64,000 nucleotides of DNA from Lingula anatina (lineage: Eukaryota > Animalia > Brachiopoda): assembly GCA_051362555.1 (NCBI GenBank), contig JBPQGU010000016.1:3658001-3722000 (forward strand), in the 5' to 3' direction. This document shows, one piece after another, positions 50,160-63,918 of the stretch (position 1 is the stretch's first letter; each line of letters begins with the position of its first letter). The notes beneath the pieces are model-generated. The model had not been told where the DNA came from, searched no databases, and saw only the letters and a list, made by a program, of their open reading frames with translations. The position numbers and the translations under genes are program-made.

Positions 50160-50370
50160 CTATGAATAAATGGGATATATCGAAACACGGACATCATAAA
50201 TATGTGGTGCGACAATTCCTAAAACAACACTTGGTGGGATTTAGGACACATTCCTATAGACACCACAGGTCTACATTGATCGACCAGACTTGGCATGGAT
50301 TTTCACTGCTATCAGTTGAATAGGTAACCCCCCCCCCTCTAAGAAATAAAATTGTTCATGTTCCTTTTGT

Positions 50371-50372
<2 letters not shown>

Positions 50373-50429
<57 letters not shown>

Positions 50430-50432
50430 TAT
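50373..50432. repeat. (TA)n microsatellite
   Basis: About 30 AT dinucleotides with one interruption. Confidence 0.97.
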
Positions 50433-51211
50433 AATTTCCAAAGGAATAGAGGGTAATAAGTCATACTCAAATTATATTTTAGGATGCCAACCCATGTTAT
50501 TTTCATCTTATTCCTTCTCAAAGTGTGTCTTGCCTTTAAATGTAAAGCTCTATGTTATTTAATGAAAGACAATATAAGTTCCATCTGTTTAGAGATGTAT
50601 GTCGGTCTGCTTTATAGCAATTAAGTCCCTGCTGTGGTTTAGGCCTACTGGTCACAACCAGAACATCAGAACCACTGCTTCCATCCACCGCTTCTACTTG
50701 TGGACATGGTGGACATACACTTGATATAGAAACAAAACACGCATTTAGTTAAAATTTTAGATTAATCCATTTAATCCATAAAGTTTAAATAACACATTTG
50801 CGATAAAGTTTTTGATTAAGTTTTTTATCAAAATTAAAATAGATTATTGTAATAATGTTATTAAAGTATGTGCCCTTTTTCAAATGCAAAGAATGCAAAG
50901 CAACCCTTATATATACATGTACCTGTATATAAATATGTTTGATAAGATCTCTTGGAGATATTTAAGCACATTTAAAAGACACTCACTCAGAAACAGAGTT
51001 TTCAATATCGCTTAATTTGGGATCAGGAATGGACTTAGCAGTGGTCCTCACCCTCGCCTGAACAAAGAAGCTCAAACAAATCAAGAACAAATCAATATCC
51101 GAATAACGACGGTGATATGGCCCTGCTGGCGCATATTAATTTCGTGATCTGTAAACACAGGGAATCAGCAGTTGTAAACATTCTCTTATAGTATATTTTG
51201 AACAAGCTGTC

Positions 51212-51290
51212 TGTACAGGGAGGGGGGGGGGGGCGGGGTCGGCCCGCCCCCTTAAAATATTCCTGGATCCGCCCCTGGATCCGCCACATG
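51212..51290 (-). mobile_element. Partial MITE of the CAGGGGCGGATCCAG family with a tandemly doubled terminus
   Basis: tcctggatccgcccctggatccgccacatg preceded by a G-rich tract. Confidence 0.65.
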
Positions 51291-51314
51291 GTACCTATCT
51301 GTATCTTAAAAAAA

Positions 51315-51520
51315 AAAAACTGCTGGTATATGATAGACGGGAAGAGGGAGCGCATGGGAAATGACGGTGTAGGCCGGATCTAAAGCCTTCCACAGTTTCA
51401 GCAGTAACTTGTTGGTCACTTCGTTCATTCCACTCGGTGACTGTTCTGGTAAAGAAAGAGTTTCAAACTGGTGTGTCGCAGTGTGATTCTTGCACTTAAA
51501 GTTTGTTTTAAATCCTAATA
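51315..51520 (-). mobile_element. 3' end of a CR1/L2-clade LINE (ORF2 C-terminus plus 3' UTR)
   Basis: Minus-strand translation SFFTRTVTEWNERSDQQVTAETVEGFRSGL resembles the conserved SFFPRTxxxWNxLP...FK..L tail of CR1/L2 ORF2. Confidence 0.7.
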
Positions 51521-52651
51521 TTAGCACATAAATGTAATTTATTCTAAAATGTGAGGCCTAATTATAAGGAGCTACGGGCAAATTTCTTCAACAATCAGTT
51601 TCTTTTTCAAACTGATTGTTTGACACATCATGATAACAACGGAAACCACCAAACTTCAATTAAGATAATTAATTGTATTTATGTAGCAAATGGGTTGTTT
51701 TAGTGGTGGTATTAACTTTTTGGTAATACATCAACGTTTTGTTTATAGGAAATTAGTCTGGTTAGTTAGTAGTAGGTAGTAGGATGGTAGTTTGGGTCTT
51801 GTGTCTTCACATTTTTACCTTAAGTAGTTGACCAAGGCAAGGTGATAACAGATGTCCCGGGTTTAGGAATTTCTTAGCTGCTGTGTATCTAGGCACACAC
51901 ATTTGCACCCCCACCTTTAATAATTATATATTTCTTTTTAGTTACCCGCACGAAAATGCAGTAGTATCGAAGTAGCAAAGCGGCGGGAGCATATTTGCAG
52001 AATAGCCTACTGCAATTCTACTCCAAAAAGTACATAGGTTTGTACAGAGAGGAGCATAAATGCATAATTTTTTTACTTCCCATGACAAAACACCCCGGTG
52101 ACTCCCTTCGCCACATAAGTTTTCATGTAATTATTAAACAGAGCAAAAAATCTCCCTATTTCTGTAGAATTATAAATTTTATGAAAGATGTTTTTGGGAC
52201 TAATTCTATTGAGCTGCATTCAGTGAGAAGTCGTTCAGCTTTGTAGCTGCGGAGATATTGACGGCCGCACTAAAAAATTCCTGCAAAACTGCATGAACAG
52301 AATATTTTGGTGAAACATTTCCTATTCTCATAGACAGCAGACTCACTGACGTAACTCCCAATGCCACAAAAAGTTACTTTTCATACCGGCAGTACTGTAA
52401 TTGAACATGTGCATTCTCTTGTTTGTAAACAAACCACTGCACTGCTCACAGTTGTAAGCTCCCTCCGCCAGATGTCCGAAACTGTACAGCACTGAGCCAG
52501 GTCTCGCCCAAAAATAAGAAGCAATTTAGGCCCCAACCTGCTACTTGACACCAAATTAACCACTAGCAACACACAAAAAATGTCAGGAAAAAAACTGGAA
52601 ACAATCACTAATTTTTCAAGCAGAACTTCATTCGTCTATAACAGTCCGTGA

Positions 52652-54601
52652 TTGGCCAGGTAGGGATGAAAATTTTTTTTCTTCATTATAGTGTCAGGTA
52701 GGTGTGTTCGGTCATTTGTAGTAAGAATAAAGTGCTGGAAGAGTGGTGGTGTCAACATTAAGGAAGAAATAGAGCAAAAACTCTCTCTCCCCCCCCCCCC
52801 CTCTCAGATTCTGTTCTCAGAGCTTATTTTTGGATCATCTTTAAAGCTAGAATTGGGGGCCTTGATGAAGTGACCCGGGCGCGTTTACACATTTTTTATG
52901 AATGACAGGTGTGGTAGATTGATTTTCGTCACTTTTTGGAAAAATCGGAGACGGGTCGATTTTTGGTGATTTTGAGTGATTTTGAACAGTGCCGGCACTG
53001 TGAGATTTCTTCAATTTTGGCCAGGTAGGGATGAAAATTTTTTTTCTTCATTATAGTGTCAGGTAGGTGTGTTCGGTCATTTGTAGTAAGAATAAAGTGC
53101 TGGAAGAGTGGTGGTGTCAACATTAAGGAAGAAATAGAGCAAAAACTCTCTCTCCCCCCCCCCCCCCTCTCAGATTCTGTTCTCAGAGCTTATTTTTGGA
53201 TCATCTTTAAAGCTAGAATTGGGGGCCTTGATGAAGTGACCCGGGCGCGTTTACACATTTTTTATGAATGACAGGTGTGGTAGATTGATTTTCGTCACTT
53301 TTTGGAAAAATCGGAGACGGGTCGATTTTTGGTGATTTTGAGTGATTTTGAACAGTGCCGGCACTGTGAGATTTCTTCAATTTTGGCCAGGTAGGGATGA
53401 AAATTTTTTTTCTTCATTATAGTGTCAGGTAGGTGTGTTCGGTCATTTGTAGTAAGAATAAAGTGCTGGAAGAGTGGTGGTGTCAACATTAAGGAAGAAA
53501 TAGAGCAAAAACTCTCTCTCCCCCCCCCCCCTCTCAGATTCTGTTCTCAGAGCTTATTTTTGGATCATCTTTAAAGCTAGAATTGGGGGCCTTGATGAAG
53601 TGACCCGGGCGCGTTTACACATTTTTTATGAATGACATGTGTGGTAGATTGATTTTCGTCACTTTTTGGAAAAATCGGAGACGGGTCGATTTTTGGTGAT
53701 TTTGAGTGATTTTGAACAGTGCCGGCACTGTGAGATTTCTTCAATTTTGGCCAGGTAGGGATGAAAATTTTTTTTCTTCATTATAGTGTCAGGTAGGTGT
53801 GTTCGGTCATTTGTAGTAAGAATAAAGTGCTGGAAGAGTGGTGGTGTCAACATTAAGGAAGAAATAGAGCAAAAACTCTCTCTCCCCCCCTCTCAGATTC
53901 TGTTCTCAGAGCTTATTTTTGGATCATCTTTAAAGCTAGAATTGGGGGCCTTCTTGAAGTGACCCGGGCGCGTTTCCACATTTTTTATGAATGACAGGTG
54001 TGAAAGATTGATTTTCGTCACTTTTTGGAAAAATCGGAGACGGGTCGATTTTTGGTGATTTTGAGTGATTTTGAACAGTGCCGGCACTGTGAGATTTCTT
54101 CAATTTTGGCCAGGTAGGGATGAAATTTTTTTTTCTTCATTATAGTGTCAGGTAGGTGTGTTCGGTCATTTGTAGTAAGAATAAAGTGCTGGAAGAGTGG
54201 TGGTGTCAACATTAAGGAAGAAATAGAGCAAAAACTCTCTCTCCCCCCCCCCCCCTCTCAGATTCTGTTCTCAGAGCTTATTTTTGGATCATCTTTAAAG
54301 CTAGAATTGGGGGCCTTGATGAAGTGACCCGGGCGCGTTTCCACATTTTTTATGAATGACAGGTGTGGTAGATTGATTTTCGTCACTTTTTGGAAAAATC
54401 AGAGACGGGTCGATTTTTGGTGATTTTGAGTGATTTTGAACAGTGCCGGCACTGTGAGATTTCTTCAATTTTGGCCAGGTAGGGATGAAAATTTTTTTTC
54501 TTCATTATAGTGTCAGGTAGGTGTATTCGGTCATTTGTAGTAAGCATAAAATGCTTGAAGAGTGGTGGTGTCAACATTATGGAAGAAATAAAGCAAAAAC
54601 T
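52652..54601. repeat. Short array of the same 361-bp satellite (~5.4 monomers)
   Basis: Starts abruptly at acagtccgtga|ttggccaggtagggat and ends with the same diverged terminal monomer as the long array. Confidence 0.98.
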
Positions 54602-57125
54602 ATGTATACAGATTCCTGCTATATTATTATTTTATCTTTAATTTATCGAATTTTATGATGCCTTTCCTATATACATAGTCCTTTTTTAAAATAATTACCG
54701 TATCAGTTTTTTAAAACCTAGAACAAAAGTTTTCAGTTTGTCTGTCTTTTTTATTCCAGCAATTTCAGCAGCCATTACTGTTTCCGAGACACCTTGCCTG
54801 TGCTATCAAACGAAGCCTGTTACTTACAGCACAGGAGCACCAAAGAGTTTGAAGAGTGCTTTACAAGTCATCAGTCAAATTAAGCAGAAATGGTCTTAGC
54901 TTTGCAAACCGGTGTCAAAGGGTCAAATCAAGTATTCCAAGCCTTCCAAGGACTAGTATGATGTAAGTCAGTATGGACAATATATTAAAGGTCCAAAAGC
55001 ATCAAAGTCTTTAAGGTACTCGCCCCACGCCGCAGCATGTCATCGAAGAAATGACCCCTTGATGATAGGGATATGGATTGCAAGTGTTCTGGAGGCTCCA
55101 AGACAACTGTCTATAGCAGGTTCTGGTACTTGCATAGTGGGTCTTCAAACCCTTGGTATAGAAAGTACAAACCAGCAGCTTAATCTGGAAGTTAAAAAGA
55201 AAAAACAGTCATAAGTCCATGCATTAAAATCATGTTGAAATCTCTTTTTGGAAATTAGAAAAACGACTATTGCAATTATTAGAGAAGGCTTAATTAACTT
55301 TGAGTGTGCATTTTTTATGAACTGATACTTCCTTGTGAACAAAAACTCTGAAAAGATTTCCACATTTTGTATTTTTGGCAATAATGAGAAATGAATGAAC
55401 ATTCATTGATTAATTATTATCATTATTTATTTATTCATTTATTTTTTTGCTATTTCCACTTGAGGGTGCTTACGCAAATTTGGCAGATTTCCCAAGTTTT
55501 GGGTTAAATAATAATAATTTATTGAGCACTGAAATGTTTTTACATTTAGAAGCTCTCTAGCTACTATACATTATACATATGGAAAGATAGTAAGGATAGT
55601 AAGTAAATGAAAGAGAAAAAAAAAATTATACTTATATAATGTTACACAATATACATTCTCTTAATATCCAGGTGAGATGCATGAAATCATTTGTGCACTT
55701 CTAGTTAATTACGTTTTTTTTAAAAGCACAATGTTGTTATTTTGGGTCTTTATGAGGTAATGTGATTTTGTCAGCATATTAGTTAAATGAACAACTTTGT
55801 CTGGATGCCCCACTCCTGCCTCAAATGAGATTTTAAAAGCAAACATCAATATCTATAAAGTCAGGTTTTAATGCTTATTTTTGAACACATTTCACATAAA
55901 TCACATTTCACATGATGATCTGGGCTGATTTTGTCAAAGTTAAAGAAACCCCATTTTGAACACTGATGACAATTTAAGTAAAACCATGTTACTCATGGAT
56001 CTCAATCTTACAGAAAAGGTAAATTGGACTAAAATACAGCTTGAGTTAGAAAACTGAACTGATTGCATTCTTTTTCTGAGAGTTATTTATTTATTTAATT
56101 ATCATTATTATTATTATTTATTATTATTATTTTCAAAATATTTTTTTTTCACATATTAGCATTTTCTTCGTGAGACTTGGAACTCCCACGGGATGAAATT
56201 CCAGCTCCCACTCTCAAGCCCCTGGGGAGCTTTTTGAAATAATATAAAGATGAAATTTGGGTCTTTTTAAAATAATTAAAATAATGATGTCAGGAAGGTG
56301 TGTTTTGTTTTTTCTAGCCATCCACAGGTAATTTTTTTTTTTCAATATTTCTTGTGAATTAAAAAAATATTTTTCCATCCCCCTCCCCAACCTCAAACCC
56401 CTGAGGAGCTTTTTGAAGTACTATAAAGATGCAATTTGGGGATTTAATGATGAGATGTTGATATGTTTAGACAATTATTGTGAATGATCCCTTTCCGTCT
56501 CAGCACTGATACTCCTCCGCACCATTACTCCCTCGCACCGATAGGCCTATACTACCCCTTACACTCCATCGACCTCACCCGCATCTTAAAGCTCCTGCAA
56601 CGATACTCTCTCACAGCCTTTGCAATTGGTTAAAACTGCTACCAACAAAACACAATGATTGATCTAAAAACTCTCGAAATACTATTTTTCCGAAAGTGCA
56701 CCACCCTCTTGGGACCCAAAAGTGACACATTTCATTAGAAATATTGTGGAAAAATAAGGGAATTACTAAAGTTGGTCTGCTTAGTAACAAAGTACATAGT
56801 CGATCTAATATGTATGCAGCTCGGCTTTGTGATTATTAAGAAATATCTGTATACTTCACTTCGTTCTTCAACAGTGGTTACTGTATACAATATGTGCATC
56901 TTCTTCTTGATTTGTTTATTAATTATTTTACTAAAAGTATGTTTTTAACAGAAGATAGCAAAGACGACATAATCTTTTCTTCAGGGGCCACTCTATTCGT
57001 AAAAGAAATTGAAACAACAACAACAAAAAAAAACATTGTTTAAGCGAGAAATTGCCGCCTTTGTCCTCCTGGAAATGTGAGATTCTACAATTTAGGCTGT
57101 CCTTGGGCGATTGTAGGAACCACTG

Positions 57126-57293
57126 CAGGGGCGGATCCAGAGCTATATACTGACAGTCTTCCAAATTATCTTTGTTGATTCATCCTCCAATTTTGACCGT
57201 CTTCCAACATTAAAAATTGGATACCCGTCAATGTAAACTTGAAAATCTGACCGTCTTCTGGAAGACCCAGAAGACGGCCTAAATCCGCCCCTG
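57126..57293. mobile_element. MITE, duplicate of 35933-36100
   Basis: Same sequence and TSD at offset 21193. Confidence 0.85.
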
Positions 57294-58953
57294 CACTGAA
57301 CACCTACAGTATAATGCGCTTAAATTACTGTTTTTTCTTTACGGTTCTGTTTGTAATAGAAATCTAGGACAGAAAAAATTACAACTTGAATGTAACATCA
57401 TAAATCCTTAAAAATAGATAACAAATCCGATTGTGTTTATTGCCAGTACAGCTCTCAGGGGCGAATCCAGGATTTCGAAGACTAGGTGGTTAGTTTTTAT
57501 TGACCCCGCTTCTACGTGGACGGAACGGTTCATTTTTAACATTGAATAAATTAATTGAATTAATATTCATTAAAATTAAATCAAATAAAATAACGATGCA
57601 TGATGATTAGTAATGCAAGATTTATGCCGCAAAGTCGCTTGTCAGACTACATCTAAGATGATCTCACGACATACTTGGGTATGGCTGTTTAGATGTAGGG
57701 GGTAGAGGCACTATTTGAAGGCAGCTGAAGGAAAAAATCGAAAGGAGTTCGATGGCATTTAGCATTACATGGTCCATTTCTCAGTAAAGAATACTAAATA
57801 AAGAAATTATACATACTTCAGGATGGCTCACTGCGGTTTTCGTCCACACATAGGCAACCAGTAATTCGGACTCTACTAGCGATAATGTAAACACACCTTG
57901 AATGCCCATTTATATATTTGCTTTTCTAGTTAAACTTAGCAATGTGTATTAATTTTGTTCGAAAAAAAAAAAGCATTCCACTGTAATTTGCGACCGCGTC
58001 CATGTGCACCAATGCAGGCCTATTCTATTTATGGAGATGGTCACATAATCAGCAAAACGGAAATTTAACTGGTACATGTACAAGTTTCGAAATAAAATGT
58101 TTGTCAAACCTTTATAATATCTAGAGCTTTTGTTGTTTGAAACATGTTTAACTAAAATGTAAGAAAAACGAAAAAAGTAAGCAGCAAGCTGGTAGGCAGT
58201 AAGTGAAAGCCTGGTCTGAACACTGAATTTCTAGGTAACCATGTATTTTTCACACCCCCTAATTTCATTTCCACAACGATCCGTGAATGAGGTTAAAAAG
58301 CAATAACATACTTGTGTGACAGGACAAAATGCTTTGTTTATTACGCCACTTTATCTTGTCAAATGAAGCATGAATTTGAAAAACCATGAAAACTAGAGGA
58401 TCAGAGAGGTGATACCGCCTGAGGGTATTGTACCACCAGCTGGAGTAAGCTCATTCGTATAGAAAAGTGAAAAAAGGGACACCACCTCCAGTGTTGTGCT
58501 GGACAAGCTCTACATGCAGTAAGCAAAAGTTCTAAATAGTTTTGTTGAAAATTACCATTTAAAACAAAATCATGAGGAAAAGTAAAAGTTAAAATTCAAA
58601 TTTGTGAAGTGCAGTTCATGGCAAAAAGTAGGTCAAAGCTCAATTTCAAGAACACAGATTGTCAGCATATGACTGCCTATTCAAGTTCAATAGTGATTAT
58701 GGGCATATCTCTGCTAGTTTTGGAGATAGAAAAGTTGCAAAGTTGCGCGGCTCATTATAAAATCGCCACCTTTTAAAATTTCCAGTTGTACTAAGTGCAC
58801 GTGGTTTGCAGATTAATTTTAGCCATTAAGAGCGTTAGATTGAAACCTTTTGCCGCTACAAATACAACAACTTGATTGATATCTTAGGCGATTATCAAAA
58901 ACAGACAATAGCAAGAATCACTTACCTGCTGTAGGTTACAAGGGCGACCAACC

Positions 58954-59167
58954 CAGGGGCGGGACCAGGATTATTTGAAGGGGGGTCCACGGATGCAAAA
59001 CCGACCCTTATCTTAGAGGGCGAACGGTGCTATTTAGTACTTTTTAGAACTATGATTCGGCTAGAGAAAATACTTATTTCATAAGGGGACCATCGGTGTG
59101 ATTATTTTTAGAAACTGAAGGGGAGGAGGTCAGGACCCCCTGACCCCCCCCTCCCAATCCGCCACTG
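58954..59167. mobile_element. MITE, duplicate of 37761-37974
   Basis: Same sequence at offset 21193. Confidence 0.8.
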
Positions 59168-59772
59168 CAACTACCAATGGACCTCGGTGGACACAGGTTA
59201 ATTACATATCTGGCATTTGTGTCATAGGTTGTGCATTTAAGCTTTAAACTTAAGTTTTATAAATATTAAAGTACCTACCCTTTAACGCGAAGTAAGAATC
59301 ACGGTCAGCCACCTTTGTTTATGAGACAGTAATCAGTGTTACGCCGACGACCATCACCTGATCTATTGAATTAAACGAGTGGAGTAGTAACGAACCCTTG
59401 GAACGAATTTGAGAAATAAGCAAACCTGACTTTATCGAGTGTAGGGGAGTTCGATTTTCTAAAAAAAAAAAATGTACATTATATTTATAAAAATTCAGTC
59501 GGAATCGAAACTCCCCCCCCCCCCGCCCCCACCGACCCTCCTAAATCCACCACTGGCACAAATCTTTTGTCCTGTACCATCTAAACTGCGTCACGTACAG
59601 CTCGATGTAGCGAGTCAATATAAATATAATTTCAATCGGTTGACGAGAGGAATTAAAGTGAAATTAATTTCTCTCTGGTTATGACACGCCAGAAGAGGGC
59701 GGGATTATGGTAGGGGAGTTTTCGTGTCATTTAGGCGATTGACACGGTACTGTTAACACGCTTATGATTACG

Positions 59773-62333
59773 ACTCCGTAGACGACATGGTTGATGAGTC
59801 CAGTGGAAGCGAACACTTTACCTTGGCTGATGTAATGAAAAAAATGGAAAGTAAAAAGAAAGAGGCGAAAGACTATTTCGACCATAGACTGTCTACTTTT
59901 AATGCCGAAGCCGGTAAAAACTGAAAGTCGACAATATTTATCTTGGAAAATAGAAGGTAATCACCAGCAATTTGACTCAACAGTATTTGAAAATAAGATT
60001 ATTGTGGTGAACAAACTGACAGTGCCTTACAGTCTTGGCAAGAGAAACAAACTTATCAGAATTGCTGACACTTTCGACACTGTTAAGGAACATACTGTTA
60101 ATCCTCTTGCTTGTGATTCTGAGAGCGAGAGAGCTACAAAGAAAATAAAAGAAAACAAAAAGGGAGCCAAAAAAAATAAGGTTATATCAGCAGACCGACC
60201 GATAGGTGTGGCGATACTTCTCAGCGGAGAAGTCTTTATCGCAGCAGCGGGTCGTGACTTTGCTTAGCTTGTTGAGGAAAGGGCCATTTCATGCTTGAGT
60301 GACCAACTTACAGAGGGGAAAGTTATTCTACCAGAGTCCAACCCCAGAGATAAGGGAACATCTGGAATGGGATAGAAGGCGAAAGCATTGAAAAATAGAT
60401 AAGTACCCGGTACATGTATGAGTGCGTTAGTTTCAATCAAGAGTTGCATAATTATGAACATGAGCAAAATCAGAAATTCATACCCGTGAAAAGTAGGTTA
60501 AGAACCAATTTAAGTTTTTGGGAAGAAGTAGGGTATTCATTTTTTATTCTAGACTTGATAAAAATGGTTATAAATTTCCGTTTATAGCAACACCCTGTGG
60601 GATGAGGAAAGATAACAGCTTTCACCATTGAAAAATAAGTTTTTTGTTAAAAAGCTATTCTTGAATTGAAAAAGATGCGTTTGATTAAAAGGTGTAGCAA
60701 ACAACCAATTGTTGATAACCCTTAAACAGAAGCAGTGCATAGCAGTGAAAAAAATAGATTGATTTTAGATGTACGAGAAGTAAACAAACATGTCCGTAAG
60801 CAGTCTGGTAGTTACGGACATTTGAGAACGGCTCTTATGTTTATGAAACTGTGTGGTTGGTTGATTAAATTTGATTCAGCTAATCAACATCTAGATATCA
60901 ATTATCCTCATACGGATTATTGAGGTTTTTCATGGAAAATTCAAGATCAGCAGATTTATTTTTGATTCTTAGTTCTTCCATTTGGGTTATCATTAGCACT
61001 TAATATTTTTTTTCAAAATTGACTTGGCAATTAATCAAAGAATGGTTCGATGTAATTGGATGACGGTCTGTGGTACTGCAGTAACATAGATAGATTGGAG
61101 CATCAGGGTGCTGAGATCAAAGATGATATTGCTAAGTCAGGTTTTATGTAAATATATGAGAATACTATTTGGTCGTAGGTACAGAGTCTGGCATTTATAG
61201 GCATCGAAATAGATATTAGTATTGGGGAAATCAAAGTTCTTGATATTAGAATAGCAAGTGCTAAGAGATGTGACATTATATTCGCACGAAAGTGAGCAGA
61301 GGTCTGGCTATGTCGGTCGGATTATACTATGTCTCATGTGTTGGGAAGTGTAAAACAACTAATGACAAATTATATTAGCATGGTTATTTCAAGTGCTTTT
61401 TCTTAGAATCAGAAAATGTGTGTGAAAGCATGCAGTCAAATTAGACCTTGGTGTAGTAAATCAGAATTTTACAGTTTTCACCTCAGTGCAATAAGGTAGT
61501 TTATTCTGATGCTAGTAGTACTGGGTTTGGAGGATATTGTGTGGAGACACCTAAAAGGGTGTGTTGCGGGGAATGGTCAGCTGACGAAGCGACGGAGAGC
61601 TCTACTTACAGAGAACTGATAGCTGTTTTCAGGGTCCTGTTCTCCATGGCAAACACGTTGAGTGTTTTGAGATTGAAGTGGTTTTCTGATAGCAAAGATG
61701 TTGTAAACATTAAAGAAAAAAGTAGCATGAGGAGTAAATTACAACCTATTATTTTTGATGTTTTTCTTCTAATGGAGTTATTCAATAGAAATGAAAGGAT
61801 ACTGAGAGAAGAGAATACCCATGCAGATTATATAAGTAGAAGTGTGGATGTTGACAATTGGGGTATTTCTAAAGAATTATTCTCACATTTTGATAAGATA
61901 TGGGGTCCTCATGAAGTGGATTGGTTTACGTCCTGCTACAATGCTTAAGTACATATTTTTACTCTAGATTTTAGAATTCAGGAACAGTGAATGGGACACG
62001 CGTCATTTACGGATCTATCCTGGTCCTCAGATCAAATTCAGTCTCTTATTTCTACCAATGAGTTACAACAGACTCCTTGTTTCTATATTGTTTCCGACAG
62101 ACTGTTCTGGTCCTTCACCTGTAAATATCCATCATGACGTAATCAAATGTGGCACCGAAACGTGCCCTTGGCTGACTCTGTTATGGTCTCAAAATTTTTG
62201 AAGCTTTAAGCTTTTAGATGCTACCTAGTTTCTTATTGAAAAGTCGAGATACAGAGGTGGCAATTGGCTTTTGATAAATCGGGTTAAATCGTATTTATGC
62301 CCAGTAAAAGTTCTTGAAAATATTTAGATTTCA
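59773..62333 (+). mobile_element. Decayed DIRS-order retrotransposon, duplicate of 38580-41140
   Basis: Identical ORF fragments at 59902, 60735 and 61541. Confidence 0.88.
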
Positions 62334-62578
62334 TTGGTAGGCCTCGATCCTAGCTACAGCTTTTCAAATTTACATGGCCTATTTTAAATATAATATCGTT
62401 GAGTTACAATGACAGTTATGTATGAAAATTGTATAACGACGAGGGGGAGTATCGGTGCGCGTACAACAGTAATTTATGAATACATTTTACAGTATTATGG
62501 AATATACATGTATATTAGCGCCCGTGGTCTTATTGATCAATTAATGTGTGAATGAATAAGTCAAATCCACATGTACAT

Positions 62579-62853
62579 CTGGGGCGGATCCAGGATTTTT
62601 TGGAAGGGTGGTGGTGTTTTTTTTACGGATTGACAAGGCCTCGGAGTGCAAGGCCGACCCTCACCCCTTTGGAGTTATGTTTGGGGCACGCTCGAGGGCC
62701 ACGAAAAAGGGTGTTTTAGAGGGAAAATATCTCCATTTGATACGGTTTATAACTATTATTCAGCTATAGATTTTGGGTGTAATTTTTTTTATCAGAAATC
62801 GAAGGGAGGAGGGGGTCTGGATCCCCCCTGACACCCCCTCTTTATCCGCCATG
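62579..62853. mobile_element. MITE, duplicate of 41386-41660
   Basis: Same sequence and tacat TSD at offset 21193. Confidence 0.85.
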
Positions 62854-63887
62854 TACATGTATTAGACCGTGAACATTCGTGAACAGTTTCAACCACAGTC
62901 CCTCGCCTGAAATGAGCCATGCCTGTCTGTAATTTGCATAACAATTACTTGCTCATCGTAGTGCGAGCTGTATTTCCGAATGCTCAGTAGGCAGTAGGAC
63001 ACAGCTAGGTGAAGACGCAATGTTCAACGTGCGGGTGCAGTCGCAACGCAGTCGTATGAGGCGTAGAAGCAAATGCATGTTTCGTAAGTAGCACTTTTTC
63101 TTCAGTATCGTATGTCAGTTGATAGAAAGAGAGTAGAAAAATGCAAAGAAATTTGCGACGAGTATTTACGGGTATGTTACTACTCTTTGTTGTCGCTGTC
63201 GCCTGTCGTTTCTGTTATGCCACTCAAAATATTATTTAGCAAATTAGTAAATGGGCATATTACCACAAAGATCACGGACATATTTACATGATGGTACCGT
63301 ACTTGTCACAGTTCCGAGCTTTTGATCCTAAGACAATGAACGATAGTCAGTTTTAGTAGGTTTGTTAATTTCATTATACATGTACCTGTAAAATGCTTGT
63401 AAGCAGTGTTGAAACACGGGGAAATGATTTATTCTAAAGCGAAATATGGTTCCCAAACGCGTGATGCAAAGCGATTTTAGATATTACAACTTTATATAGT
63501 AGGTAAAATAAATAAATAGTGATAACCTACACAAACTAGAGGAGTGTTTTCAATATTTTTTTTTTTTCAAAGCAAGATATCTGAAATATCTTTATTACTA
63601 ACTTCAGGTCTTAAATGTGGCGTTAGGCAACATAGAATCGATTGCTTTTTTGGGGTGCTATCTGAGCCTGAACTATGGACAAGTCAGATATTGTTAACAT
63701 TACCTTCTTATTTCAGAAGTCCACTGAGATACTGAGAACTGCACGGCACCTGGCTGCTAGCAACCAAGCCTGTCATTCACCCTCTGGAACCCTACGCTCA
63801 TCCATGCATCTTTTGTTTTAAAATTGAATAAATACGTTTGTCATTCCTTGTGTTCTTATTCACTTCCATATGAAATGATGATAAAAT

Positions 63888-63918
<31 letters not shown>

